Below are positions 30,260 through 39,853 of a stretch of 64,000 bases of DNA, piece after piece. Both the position numbers and the translations under genes were made by a program. How positions within the stretch are numbered: position 1 is the stretch's first letter; every line of letters starts with the position of its first letter. This DNA is from Candidatus Omnitrophota bacterium (GTDB taxonomy: Bacteria; Omnitrophota; Gorgyraeia; Gygaellales; Profunditerraquicolaceae). The stretch covers positions 311,218 to 375,217 of the forward strand of contig QZKH01000003.1 of the NCBI GenBank assembly GCA_003598025.1, written 5' to 3'. The notes below the pieces were generated by a model. It was not told the origin of the DNA, made no database searches, and saw only the letters and a list, made by a program, of their open reading frames with translations.

Positions 30260-31706
30260 AGATATGCTTCCTTATTTTCATTCTCAATATACCGATATTG
30301 CTTCTTAATTTAGGGTAAGAAAGCAGCCAGTTCTCGATTTTGCTGACAAACCGGTTCACATATATCGCAGCAATAATTCTGTTTATCCCCAGATAAGCCG
30401 GCAATCTTTTCTCGAGGAGTTTTCTCCTGACCAGCCTTTCTGCCCTTCTTGCCTCTTTTAAAGCACTTTTTCTTTCAAAGGCGCTAAATTCAGGGGTAGA
30501 AAAAACCGGTAAGTTGCTTAGCTGCGCCGGAGGGTCCATATTCAGGTATTTTTCCGGCGGCATAATAAAATAATCGTTCTTTCTTACCCACTCGAATAAT
30601 TCTGTGCCTGGTATAGGAACTAGATTATTAAATTTAACGTCTCCGACAGGGTATTTTAATGAGAATCTTATCGAATCCCTTACGTCATCAATGGTCTCTC
30701 CGGGAGACCCGATCAGAAAAAATAAACTCACATAAAATCCAAGGTCACAAGCCATTTTTACCGCGTTTTCAATTGTTTCAAAACTTTGCCCCTTCTTTAT
30801 ATTTTGAAGGATGCGGTCATTTCCTGCTTCAACTCCAAAAGCCAACCGTTTAAATCCGGCTTTTTTCATTTTGGCTAATATCTCAAAATCGACCCTGTCT
30901 GCCCTGACGCCATTACCGCACATAAGCATTACCCCATCAAGATCTTCGGATTCGATGGCAGTGCATAATTCTGACATTCTCTGTTTATTGAATGTCGGAT
31001 TATCCTCCTGGAGCCCAAACTCCCTTATCCCTCTCTTATGCCAGTATTTAAGCTCTTCTATGACATTTCCTGCAGAACGAAACCTGATTTTTTTACCGAG
31101 GATATGGCAAGAACAGTAAACACAAGAATATGGACAGCCTCTTGAAGTCACGATGCTTATCCCGTAGCTGTATTTCTTCAATTCGAACTTATCATATTTC
31201 GGGAATGGCAATCTGTCTAAGTCTTCGATAAAATCGCGCTGGCCGTTGTAAAGAAGATCGGCCCCGTTTCTATAAATCAGCCCTTTTATTTTGTCTAAAG
31301 GAGCACCTCTTACTAAATCCAGCAGTGTGAGTTCGCCTTCAAACGTAACGCCGTAATCGATCGAAGCACAATCATTTAAAGCGCGCTCTTTAAAATTCGT
31401 TATATGCGCCCCTCCGCATACTATCTTAATATTGCTAAAATCATTTTTCAACCTGCTAATCAAGCTGTAAATGTTGTTATAACGATATGTCATTAATCCA
31501 ATACCGATCAAATCGGGGGAAAAAGAAATGATCTTTTCCTTTAAATCTTTATAATCATAACCCAGTGCCATATCAAATACATCATGCTCAATCCCATGCG
31601 ACTCCAATACCTGAGAAATATATCCCAGGCCTGCCGGGAGCACAGGAATTGCGTATACTTTAGAAGAATAAAATGGATTGACTAACAGTACTTTTTTAAA
31701 CCTCAT
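30249..31706 (-). CDS. B12-binding domain radical SAM protein
   Basis: VLLVNP, PAGLGYI, CGGAH, FEGE, TSRGCPYSCVYC, FGVEAG, FLIGSPGET. Confidence 0.92.
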   Translation of the reverse strand: MRFKKVLLVNPFYSSKVYAIPVLPAGLGYISQVLESHGIEHDVFDMALGYDYKDLKEKIISFSPDLIGIGLMTYRYNNIYSLISRLKNDFSNIKIVCGGAHITNFKERALNDCASIDYGVTFEGELTLLDLVRGAPLDKIKGLIYRNGADLLYNGQRDFIEDLDRLPFPKYDKFELKKYSYGISIVTSRGCPYSCVYCSCHILGKKIRFRSAGNVIEELKYWHKRGIREFGLQEDNPTFNKQRMSELCTAIESEDLDGVMLMCGNGVRADRVDFEILAKMKKAGFKRLAFGVEAGNDRILQNIKKGQSFETIENAVKMACDLGFYVSLFFLIGSPGETIDDVRDSIRFSLKYPVGDVKFNNLVPIPGTELFEWVRKNDYFIMPPEKYLNMDPPAQLSNLPVFSTPEFSAFERKSALKEARRAERLVRRKLLEKRLPAYLGINRIIAAIYVNRFVSKIENWLLSYPKLRSNIGILRMKIRKHIYAG

Positions 31707-31721
31707 CCGGGTTACCTCAAG

Positions 31722-32828
31722 TTATTTACCGTTTAAAAATGCATATCTTAGAATATGCGGGTATGCCCTGGGATTATATACCAAACTGGCTAATATCGCG
31801 CACTCAAAACTGCAGAAACAACGCTTCTCTTTGATATATTTGATTATATTCTTTGCCTTTTCAGAAGCTAAAAGCTTATTTATGTTGTAATCAAAATCTC
31901 TTATATTGCCCATATTGGCATCAATAGTCCCCTTTATTGAAGGTAGTATCTCACACGGCACAACCGAACCATCCTCATAAACCTCAATCATCTTTTTTCC
32001 GGCAAGACAAGGATATATATATTTTTTTTCATTGATTATACGTGACACAATACGGTTGGTGTATTTATATAATCCGTAAAAAATACCCGAAAATTGATAT
32101 TTTCTTTTCTTGAGATTATTATATGCAATATCTTCAACTGTTTTAAGGGCCCTTGTGTATATCTGGGGGCTGACATCCAGAGCCATCGTATCCCTGGTAT
32201 TTCCCCTGGCAAGCAGTAATTCATGCTCATCAACTTTTAAGTTATCCTTTACATAAATAAACACCTCTTCAATATTTTCGGCGTTTGACTTTGAAAGAAC
32301 AGTGGTTATTTTTATATATAGATTATCGCGCCCTTCTTTAAGCCTGCTGATCCTGTTATAAGACTCCATGACTTTATCAAAGCAACCCGGTAAATTCCTG
32401 ATTTTATCGTGTGCATCTCCGACAGCATCAATAGAAAGACAAACATTTACGAGGCAGGCCGGACAATTGATAAGTATTTTTCTTACTGCGCTCTCCAGCC
32501 TGTCAGGGAAAGTCCCGTTTGTCGGTAATGTTATAAACCTGGTACCGCTATTCTTATAAAAGGCCTGGACTATCTCAGCAACATCATCTCTTAAGAACGG
32601 CTCTCCCCCTGCTATAGTTAACTGAATAAGTTTATTGAAACTGCTTGAAATTTTTTCAATTTCTTTAAGAGACAACTCATTAGCTTTAACCGCCGAATCC
32701 TGCTTCTGCCAATTAAAACACATGCTGCATTTTGCATTACAACGAGAGGTAATAAATAATATAAGATAAGCAGGGTATTTGGAAAACAGTGAAAAGGCAA
32801 GAAAGAAAATCCTCTGGAACTTCTTCAC
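31722..32828 (-). CDS. radical SAM protein with SPASM/twitch domain
   Basis: TSRCNAKCSMC, GGEPFLR, TNG, C-terminal CLAG...DGSVVPCE...CFCSFEC. Confidence 0.9.
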   Translation of the reverse strand: MKKFQRIFFLAFSLFSKYPAYLILFITSRCNAKCSMCFNWQKQDSAVKANELSLKEIEKISSSFNKLIQLTIAGGEPFLRDDVAEIVQAFYKNSGTRFITLPTNGTFPDRLESAVRKILINCPACLVNVCLSIDAVGDAHDKIRNLPGCFDKVMESYNRISRLKEGRDNLYIKITTVLSKSNAENIEEVFIYVKDNLKVDEHELLLARGNTRDTMALDVSPQIYTRALKTVEDIAYNNLKKRKYQFSGIFYGLYKYTNRIVSRIINEKKYIYPCLAGKKMIEVYEDGSVVPCEILPSIKGTIDANMGNIRDFDYNINKLLASEKAKNIIKYIKEKRCFCSFECAILASLVYNPRAYPHILRYAFLNGK

Positions 32829-33808
32829 TTTTTCCTCCTGATAAAAGAATTAATAAACCCTCTCATTGCGCCTGCAACGATTACATTACATAATAAGAAT
32901 TGAGTAAAAACAGCTCTAAGCAAGAAATAAACTCCTTTCTCTTTAAAAACCAAACCAAAGAATTTCCAGGTAAGTATGACAAAAAATATAAAACTAAAAG
33001 CTGCTGAATAAACAGCATTGCCAAGGAAAAACGATGCAAATAAACTGATAACTGAAAAAAAAGCCAATAGGCACGAAACCCCAAGGCCTTTAGTTGTAGC
33101 GACGTTGTCAAATTTATGCCTCTTCATAAAAAGCCCCACCCAGGAACTTGTACGGAAAAAGAAATTATTGGCAAGCTTAGACAGTGTTACCGGAAAATGA
33201 TGCCTGACCTGAATTGATTCATCGATGTAAATCTTGCCGCCGTTTTGAAGTAATCTGTAACCAAATTCATAGTCTTCGACATCAGCGCCTTTAATATTTT
33301 CATCAAAAAAACCGATTCTTTCAAATAAAACCTTATCAATGATGGCGCAGCGAGGCTCAAAAGAAGTAACCTCACTAAAGCCAAAACCTTGCCAGTGAGA
33401 ATAATCAAGTAATGCTTTAAATTCAGGAATAAAACCAGCTTCAGCCGGTTCTTTCCCATAAATACCGATGAGGGCACACCCTGCCGGAATCTCTCTGTAC
33501 CTGGAGACGAGCTTTGAAAGCGTATCTTTTTCCAGTATAACATCGGAATCAAAGAATATCAGAGTACCTGCCCTGCTTATTCTCGCGCCTTTATTTCTGG
33601 ATGCAGCACTGCCGATATTCGTTTCGTTTCTTATCAGATTTACTGCGTAACGCTTCAACAGGCTCGATAAATCATCCGTGCTGCAATCATCAACTACAAT
33701 AACTTCAAAATCATGATTATCTGCCTGCTTAAAAATTGAATCAAGCAACGCAATAAGCGTATTTAGCGAATTATATACCGGTATAATTATCGAAAAAGCT
33801 GGTTCCAT
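32825..33808 (-). CDS. glycosyltransferase family 2 with C-terminal TM helices
   Basis: SIIIPVYN, VDDCSTD, FFDSD, EDYEFGYRL. Confidence 0.9.
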   Translation of the reverse strand: MEPAFSIIIPVYNSLNTLIALLDSIFKQADNHDFEVIVVDDCSTDDLSSLLKRYAVNLIRNETNIGSAASRNKGARISRAGTLIFFDSDVILEKDTLSKLVSRYREIPAGCALIGIYGKEPAEAGFIPEFKALLDYSHWQGFGFSEVTSFEPRCAIIDKVLFERIGFFDENIKGADVEDYEFGYRLLQNGGKIYIDESIQVRHHFPVTLSKLANNFFFRTSSWVGLFMKRHKFDNVATTKGLGVSCLLAFFSVISLFASFFLGNAVYSAAFSFIFFVILTWKFFGLVFKEKGVYFLLRAVFTQFLLCNVIVAGAMRGFINSFIRRKK

Positions 33809-33809
33809 T

Positions 33810-34805
33810 CTACCAATAGTGTCTTTTATATTTTTTATAAAATGCTAGCGTCCTGCGGATACCATCCTCAAGGCTGACCTGCGGAAACCAACCGAGCATG
33901 TCTTTTATCTTTCCGTAATCAGCTACATAATTACCTACTTCAATCTTTTTTATATCACTCGGATAAGGTACGATCCTGTATGAACCTTTTTTGTTTATTT
34001 TTATTATCAGCCTGGTTATTTCTTCCAGGCTGATAGGAGTGCCTCCCAGGTTAAACACCTGTCCATTGGCTTCATTACGGGCCATGGCGATAATAAAAGC
34101 ATCAACCACATCATCAACATAGCTTACATCCCTGACCTGAGCGCCATCCCCGTATAATTTCACTTCATTGCCGTCAATAACCTGGCGGATAAGCCAGTTA
34201 ATTATTCCCTGACGGTGATGGTGCATCTGGTGCCTGGGCCCAAAGGTGTTGGTAAGCCTTAAAGAGCACGCTTTTATACCATAGACCTCGTTATATAAAA
34301 GGTGGTAACTCTCCCCTGCAATATTGTTTATGCCGTTAACATCAGCAGGCTTCAGCGGGTGCTTTTCATCTACGGGTAGATACTCAGGCCTGCCATATTG
34401 GCTGCGGGTGCCTGCGAATATGATTTTTATCCCCGGATTATAATTTCTGCAAGCCTCTAATATGGCAAGTTGAGCGGCACAGTTAACTTCAAGGTCTGTA
34501 AACGGATCCGTCATGCTGTCTATATGGCTTAATGTCCCGGCAAGATTAAAAAGCAGGTCTTTATCTTTAATAAGGAAGTTCATTGAGTATTTGTCACGGA
34601 CATCGGAAAAGTTTATTTTAACTTTGTTCTTTACCTGGTGAATATTAAACATATTACCGCCGTATTGCGGTATCAGGGAATCGACGATAGTCACGCTGGA
34701 TTTAAGCTTAACCAATCTTTGCGCAAGAGTACTGCCTATAAACCCCAGGCCCCCGGTAATAAGCACGGATTTTCCTTTATAATATTTTTCAAGGTTCTTC
34801 ATCAT
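33810..34805 (-). CDS. NAD-dependent epimerase/dehydratase (extended SDR)
   Basis: ITGGLGFIGS, GTRSQYG, NTFGPRHQM. NGINN in place of YxxxK. Paralog of 1483..2472. Confidence 0.85.
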   Translation of the reverse strand: MMKNLEKYYKGKSVLITGGLGFIGSTLAQRLVKLKSSVTIVDSLIPQYGGNMFNIHQVKNKVKINFSDVRDKYSMNFLIKDKDLLFNLAGTLSHIDSMTDPFTDLEVNCAAQLAILEACRNYNPGIKIIFAGTRSQYGRPEYLPVDEKHPLKPADVNGINNIAGESYHLLYNEVYGIKACSLRLTNTFGPRHQMHHHRQGIINWLIRQVIDGNEVKLYGDGAQVRDVSYVDDVVDAFIIAMARNEANGQVFNLGGTPISLEEITRLIIKINKKGSYRIVPYPSDIKKIEVGNYVADYGKIKDMLGWFPQVSLEDGIRRTLAFYKKYKRHYW

Positions 34806-35524
34806 GCCTGCCTTTCTTTAAAATTTAACGTCCACCATAATTTCAGGATATCCCTTCCCACTTGATAAATCCTTACGATATTGAAAAACTGCGACTTACC
34901 ATACACGCGGTGATAATGGCTGACACCGGTTTCAGCAAAAGAAAACCCGGCATTTTGTATTTTCTTTATCATCTCAACGCAAATAACACCGCTGTTATAC
35001 CTAAGCTTGATCTTATCAAATATACTTCTCCTCATCAGCCTGAAATCGCAATCTACATCCCTGATCTTAAAGCCAAACATAAGCTTCATCGTGTATTGGT
35101 AAATCCCTCCTATCACTTTCCTGCTAAGGCTATCACTCCGGCTGAGTTTATAGCCGTTGACAATATCTACTCCGGGGCCAAGGCAGGAAATAAGATTATT
35201 AAGCTCAGTAACGTCATATTGAAAATCGCCATCCGTATAAAAAATGAATTCTTTTTTTGATGAATAAATCCCTGACCTTAAGGCGCCACCATAGCCCTCA
35301 TTTCTTTCATGATAAATAAGCCTAAGAGCAGTATATTTTTTACACAGCTCTTCCAAAACAACCCGGCTGTTATCAGTGCTGCAATCATCCACTACTATTA
35401 TTTCATAGTCATCGCTTACCTGCCGTGCCACCTTATCCATAATCACAACCATGCTGGCAATAGAGCCGGCATCATTAAAACACGGGAAAAAACAAGAAAG
35501 ACTGATTTTTTTGTCCATGGTCAT
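34802..35524 (-). CDS. glycosyltransferase family 2 (ArnC/DPM1-like)
   Basis: FFPCFND, VDDCSTD, GYGGAL, YTDGDFQYD, DVDCDFRL. Confidence 0.9.
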   Translation of the reverse strand: MTMDKKISLSCFFPCFNDAGSIASMVVIMDKVARQVSDDYEIIVVDDCSTDNSRVVLEELCKKYTALRLIYHERNEGYGGALRSGIYSSKKEFIFYTDGDFQYDVTELNNLISCLGPGVDIVNGYKLSRSDSLSRKVIGGIYQYTMKLMFGFKIRDVDCDFRLMRRSIFDKIKLRYNSGVICVEMIKKIQNAGFSFAETGVSHYHRVYGKSQFFNIVRIYQVGRDILKLWWTLNFKERQA

Positions 35525-35534
35525 TCCTTTTTAT

Positions 35535-35636
35535 GCGTTGGCGGCCACAAAATCGCACCTTCGAAGATGCTGATGGAGCTCGGCCTTTCAGTATTTAGCT
35601 CCAAGAAACCTCTGGCTAAAGCCCGAGAAGCTTCAT
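35535..35636 (+). mobile_element. ~100 bp non-autonomous IS200/IS605-type miniature element (PATE-like), copy 2
   Basis: TTAT|GCGTTGGCGGCCACAAAATCGCACCTTCGAAGATGC...CAAGAAACCTCTGGCTAAAGCCCGAGAAGCTTCAT; homologous to the reverse complement of 9564..9663. Confidence 0.7.
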
Positions 35637-36628
35637 TTAATTTTTCCGAAGGCATAACCGTCCTTCCAGAATAAAATCAGGCCGGCAAGTATAACCGGCA
35701 TAGTATCAACGAACTGATAAACCAGTGAAAAGCTGAGTGCATCGGCCTTATTTATCCCAAAGGCGCCCAAGCCAACTATAAAACCCATCTGCATGGTCCC
35801 TAAGCTACCTAATGACGGTATCATTACAAAGAGGCCGATTACAACGAGAAGAAGACAAGCTGCCATTAGCCCTAATTCTATGGAGAAAACTTTAAACATG
35901 TAATAAATGGTCAAAGCTGCCATAAGCCAGATTATCAGGGATAATACGGCAATCATTGACACCTTCTTCCACCCCCGGAATATGACCAATCCCTCGGAAA
36001 GCTTAGTAAGCCGGACAGAACAAAAATCAGCAAAACTTAACGAAAACACTCCTGCAAACCGGCAAATCAATTTGATAAAATAACCTGAATTCCTGACCCA
36101 TATCAACAGAAATAATAAAATTAAAAAGCATAGTATCCCGAAAATCAATGCCAGCTGCTTTACATGGATGTTGTACAGCGCTTTTTCTAAACCAGTTGTA
36201 CTAAACAGCCCTACCCAGATAAAAATAACAACGCTAAATAAAACTAAAGTTAAAGCATCCCAGAGGCGTTCAAGAAGGACAGTCCCCAGGCAATAACTCT
36301 TGCTTACCGAGGATTTATGCCCCAATATATAAGCCTTATACACTTCCCCGGTCCTTGCCGGTAAGATATTATTAGCCATTAAACCGACAACTGTCGCAGA
36401 AAACAAAAGTTTATTATCCAGCTTTCTATCAAAAAATAAGCCCCAGCGTACTGATCGTATGTAACAATAAAGCCATAAACTTAATAATGCCGGTGCGACA
36501 TAAATATACTTCCCTTGCAAGATATAGGAAAATATCCCGGAGATAGTCGTTCCTTTAAAAGCGATGTATAACGCAGACAAAGTAACGAAAAACGATAATA
36601 GCAATGGTAAAATCTTAGTTTTTTTCAT
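35633..36628 (-). CDS. lysylphosphatidylglycerol synthase TM domain (flippase-like) protein
   Basis: RSVRW, MANNILPARTGE, TVLLERLWD, IPSLGSLG. Start at ATG 36628. Confidence 0.85.
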   Translation of the reverse strand: MKKTKILPLLLSFFVTLSALYIAFKGTTISGIFSYILQGKYIYVAPALLSLWLYCYIRSVRWGLFFDRKLDNKLLFSATVVGLMANNILPARTGEVYKAYILGHKSSVSKSYCLGTVLLERLWDALTLVLFSVVIFIWVGLFSTTGLEKALYNIHVKQLALIFGILCFLILLFLLIWVRNSGYFIKLICRFAGVFSLSFADFCSVRLTKLSEGLVIFRGWKKVSMIAVLSLIIWLMAALTIYYMFKVFSIELGLMAACLLLVVIGLFVMIPSLGSLGTMQMGFIVGLGAFGINKADALSFSLVYQFVDTMPVILAGLILFWKDGYAFGKIK

Positions 36629-38435
36629 TTTTAAAAGAATTCTTATAAGCTGTCCAAACAACAGAGATACCATAAGCCAGATAAATCAGTAAAAACTGCT
36701 CAATAGGCGCCCGATGCCTATATGACGCCTCGGTAATAAAATGTATTCCTGTCCTATAAGCGATAAAAATCAATATAAGTAAATGCGTCCCAAATAACCC
36801 ATATCTCCTGAAAGCCGCAAATATGCCTATTAATGTAAGGATATACGCATAAAACCACAAGCTGTAATAATAGTTGCTCAATCTATATAGAAATATCGGG
36901 TCAATCCCGCCATACCCCTGGTTTAAATACATAGCTTTAAATTTCATCCAATAATTATTGCCAAGGACCCTTAAAACAAATGACGGCTTCTCGTATAATA
37001 ACTTAAGAAATGACCCGGGGGCAGATAAATCAATTCCGGCTTTGACTAAGTCCGGGTTTTCTCCGCGGAGATAACTCTCTACTATTGGGTAATTTGTCCC
37101 TTCGGCGGATGAAACAGGATAATAGGTCCCCAGATTAACTTTGTTTCTCAATGCAAAAGGAGATAGTGAAATCAATACGAATACAACTATCAACAAACAG
37201 TCAACCACTGTTTTTTTAAAACCGGCTTTCCTGGATAAAAATAACATTAGCCCTAGAATAACCATAAATGGATAAAAAAAGTTTATCTCTCTGGTAGCAA
37301 TAGCCAGCCCCCAGATAAGCCCGGTTAATGCAAGATGCAGATTTTTTGCTTTAAAATTGCCCTGATAATAGATATATACTGCAAAAAGCATAACACCCAA
37401 AGTTGAGTAGAATAAATCCAATGCCTGGTGGCCTATAGCCGAGGAAGAAAAAATTGCCGAAAAATTTAAAGCTGACATAGCTGCAGTAATCCTTGCAGTT
37501 TTAAGGTTAAATAAAATTTTAGAAATAAAATACACAAAAATACAGGCCAGCGAAGTAAATATGCCCTGGATAAAACATACCGCAAAATAACTCCTGCCAA
37601 ATATCGCATATACCCCAGACACAAATAACCAGTAACCGGCGACTAAGGCCTCGGTTATGTTGTTTCCCTGCATATAAGCATACGCAAGAGAATCATAAAG
37701 CCTGCCATCAGAACCAGTATCGATATATTCTGGAACCGACATTATCCTGTATAAGTAAAATATCCGTAACGCAAGGGCAAAAATAAAGATTAATAACAAA
37801 AATACCTTCTCATTAAGCAACCAGCCTTTAATACTGCTTGCCCTTACAAAAATTGTATTTTGGGCCGGGTACTTTTTGAGAGACCTAAAAATTCCTAAAC
37901 CAAAAACTAAAAGGATGAAACATGGCAGAAATATAAATCCGTTTAAAAAGAGTGCCGAAGCTATATACACCAGAAGCATTAAAAACAAAGAGGTATAAAC
38001 ATTGGATGAATAACTCTGCCCGCTGTTTTGATTTCTGTTCAGTTCAAATACCTTTGATGAGTATAGTGCTAATAAACTAAAAGCTGACAAAATAAACAAG
38101 TCACAATAAAAAACATAAGCCTGGCTTCCTAATAACCGGGCGGCTCCTTTTGAAAGTTGAAATTTTAACATTAATAAATCAATCAACAAATGCTGCAAAA
38201 AACCAAAAACCAGCATTTTCTTTATTATATTTACAAGTCTTATTTTAAGAAGATACGATATAAAAGCTGAATATAGGAAAACTACTAACCAAAAAAATAC
38301 AGGAACAGGAAAACCTTTATGCACTGCAATAGGAAAATCAAGGCTGAATAAAGATGATATCTTTGGGCTCAAGGAAATAAGCTCAAGCAAAACAAATACG
38401 GCTGCCGCTAAAAAAATGATTGCCTGTTTTTTCAT
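36615..38435 (-). CDS. GT-C (ArnT/PMT_2, family 39-like) membrane glycosyltransferase
   Basis: ALRI...GSDGRLY first loop, AIATRE, PFALRN, YRHRAPIE; extra N-terminal TM region. Confidence 0.75.
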   Translation of the reverse strand: MKKQAIIFLAAAVFVLLELISLSPKISSLFSLDFPIAVHKGFPVPVFFWLVVFLYSAFISYLLKIRLVNIIKKMLVFGFLQHLLIDLLMLKFQLSKGAARLLGSQAYVFYCDLFILSAFSLLALYSSKVFELNRNQNSGQSYSSNVYTSLFLMLLVYIASALFLNGFIFLPCFILLVFGLGIFRSLKKYPAQNTIFVRASSIKGWLLNEKVFLLLIFIFALALRIFYLYRIMSVPEYIDTGSDGRLYDSLAYAYMQGNNITEALVAGYWLFVSGVYAIFGRSYFAVCFIQGIFTSLACIFVYFISKILFNLKTARITAAMSALNFSAIFSSSAIGHQALDLFYSTLGVMLFAVYIYYQGNFKAKNLHLALTGLIWGLAIATREINFFYPFMVILGLMLFLSRKAGFKKTVVDCLLIVVFVLISLSPFALRNKVNLGTYYPVSSAEGTNYPIVESYLRGENPDLVKAGIDLSAPGSFLKLLYEKPSFVLRVLGNNYWMKFKAMYLNQGYGGIDPIFLYRLSNYYYSLWFYAYILTLIGIFAAFRRYGLFGTHLLILIFIAYRTGIHFITEASYRHRAPIEQFLLIYLAYGISVVWTAYKNSFKNEKN

Positions 38436-39853
38436 TAAGGTTGCTCCTTCAGTATCTTTTTACCGGATATTTTTGTGATACCGATTGCTGCCCAGATAGC
38501 TACTACAGGAGTAATCATATCCCTGAAGCGTAATACCGTCCCGATATTTGCCTGGGTCAAAGACAAAGCAGAAACCAATAAAAACGAATAAATCAAAAGA
38601 ATCAGATACCTCTTCCAGGCATAACGAAGAGAAATAAATAAACCTAAAGGCGAAAGTAAAACCATAATATACCAAAGCAACATCTGAGGATAAGCCAAAA
38701 ACATGGTTTTTTTGACAGGTCTGAATATATTAGGCTCAAAGATGAAATGAAACAAACCTCTCATATAAGCCATTATATATTGCCCATAGCTTAGCTTGTT
38801 AGCAGGATACACATAACACTCTTCATCAGGCTGCTTTCCAAATACAAAATATGGATTTAAGATATAGTACTTGTCTTCAAGTATCCTGTAGTTATTCCCG
38901 GGCGTCTTTGCTGAAGCCTGATGCAAAGATAACACCCTGAATATTTTTTGACGGAATATCTTATCGATCTTGGCCGGGCTAAGCCTGAATAGCACTATAG
39001 ATGAAAAAATAATGATTAATACAATGAATATCTTCACTTTAAGACGCGGGTGTCCGGAAACAGCTAAAGCTGTTATAAATAAACTAAGCAACACTATTGG
39101 CATAATAAATTTTCTCAGGGTTGAGAGTATAAATAATGCAATAAATATCGCAAAAAATAATATTATCTTCTGCCGGACATAAGGATAAGAAGTCAATTTT
39201 ATAAAAAGCCAGAATATGCATAAAATCACCAGGATTAAAGATGCGTCTTTAAGATTGGTTATGGACCACAACAGCAATGACGGAAAAAATGCCATTAACA
39301 AAGCGGATATTCTGCTTACATTTAAAGAAAAAACCTGCCGGCAGACATAATAACAAACAACCGGTATCAGTGAACCAAAAAGGCAATTCATTATGGCACT
39401 TGATACAGGGCTGAAACCAAACAAGTAATTAAACCCGGCTATAATAAAATTGTAGCCCTGCCATCCATAAACAGGGTTATAAGCCGAGCCAAGAACTTTC
39501 TGGGTAAGAAAAAAACCTCTCCAGTCTAAAGACATCCAATACCCTCTCAATGTATAGTAGGCGCTGTCACCGATGAACTTAACAGACCAGCCAGGATATC
39601 CGGGATAAAATAAAACTTCGTTTCTTGAAACCATAAACGCGCTGACTGAAAAAAGCAGAAGCAGCCTTAACAAAAATGCAGCCATAAAAAGATTCATTAT
39701 AAACCTGGATTCGGCATCAGCTTTTATATTTTTTTTAAGAACTACCAGTAAAACAACTAACGAAACAGTAAAACCTCCGGGACTTAAGAAAAATAATAAC
39801 CCTAAGAGTGCTGATATGATCACAACCTTTATATCGATCATCGCCGCTATCAT
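38435..39853 (-). CDS. GT-C (PMT_2-like) membrane glycosyltransferase/polymerase
   Basis: LLRL...GDSAYY, FFPSLLLWSITNLKD, NIGTVLRFR. Start at ATG 39853 (ATGA overlap). Confidence 0.72.
   Translation of the reverse strand: MIAAMIDIKVVIISALLGLLFFLSPGGFTVSLVVLLVVLKKNIKADAESRFIMNLFMAAFLLRLLLLFSVSAFMVSRNEVLFYPGYPGWSVKFIGDSAYYTLRGYWMSLDWRGFFLTQKVLGSAYNPVYGWQGYNFIIAGFNYLFGFSPVSSAIMNCLFGSLIPVVCYYVCRQVFSLNVSRISALLMAFFPSLLLWSITNLKDASLILVILCIFWLFIKLTSYPYVRQKIILFFAIFIALFILSTLRKFIMPIVLLSLFITALAVSGHPRLKVKIFIVLIIIFSSIVLFRLSPAKIDKIFRQKIFRVLSLHQASAKTPGNNYRILEDKYYILNPYFVFGKQPDEECYVYPANKLSYGQYIMAYMRGLFHFIFEPNIFRPVKKTMFLAYPQMLLWYIMVLLSPLGLFISLRYAWKRYLILLIYSFLLVSALSLTQANIGTVLRFRDMITPVVAIWAAIGITKISGKKILKEQP

Noticed and set aside
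31722-32828. RiPP maturase or anaerobic sulfatase maturase
   Set aside because: No precursor peptide or RRE domain nearby, and the sulfatase-like protein lacks the C/S-x-P-x-R target motif.
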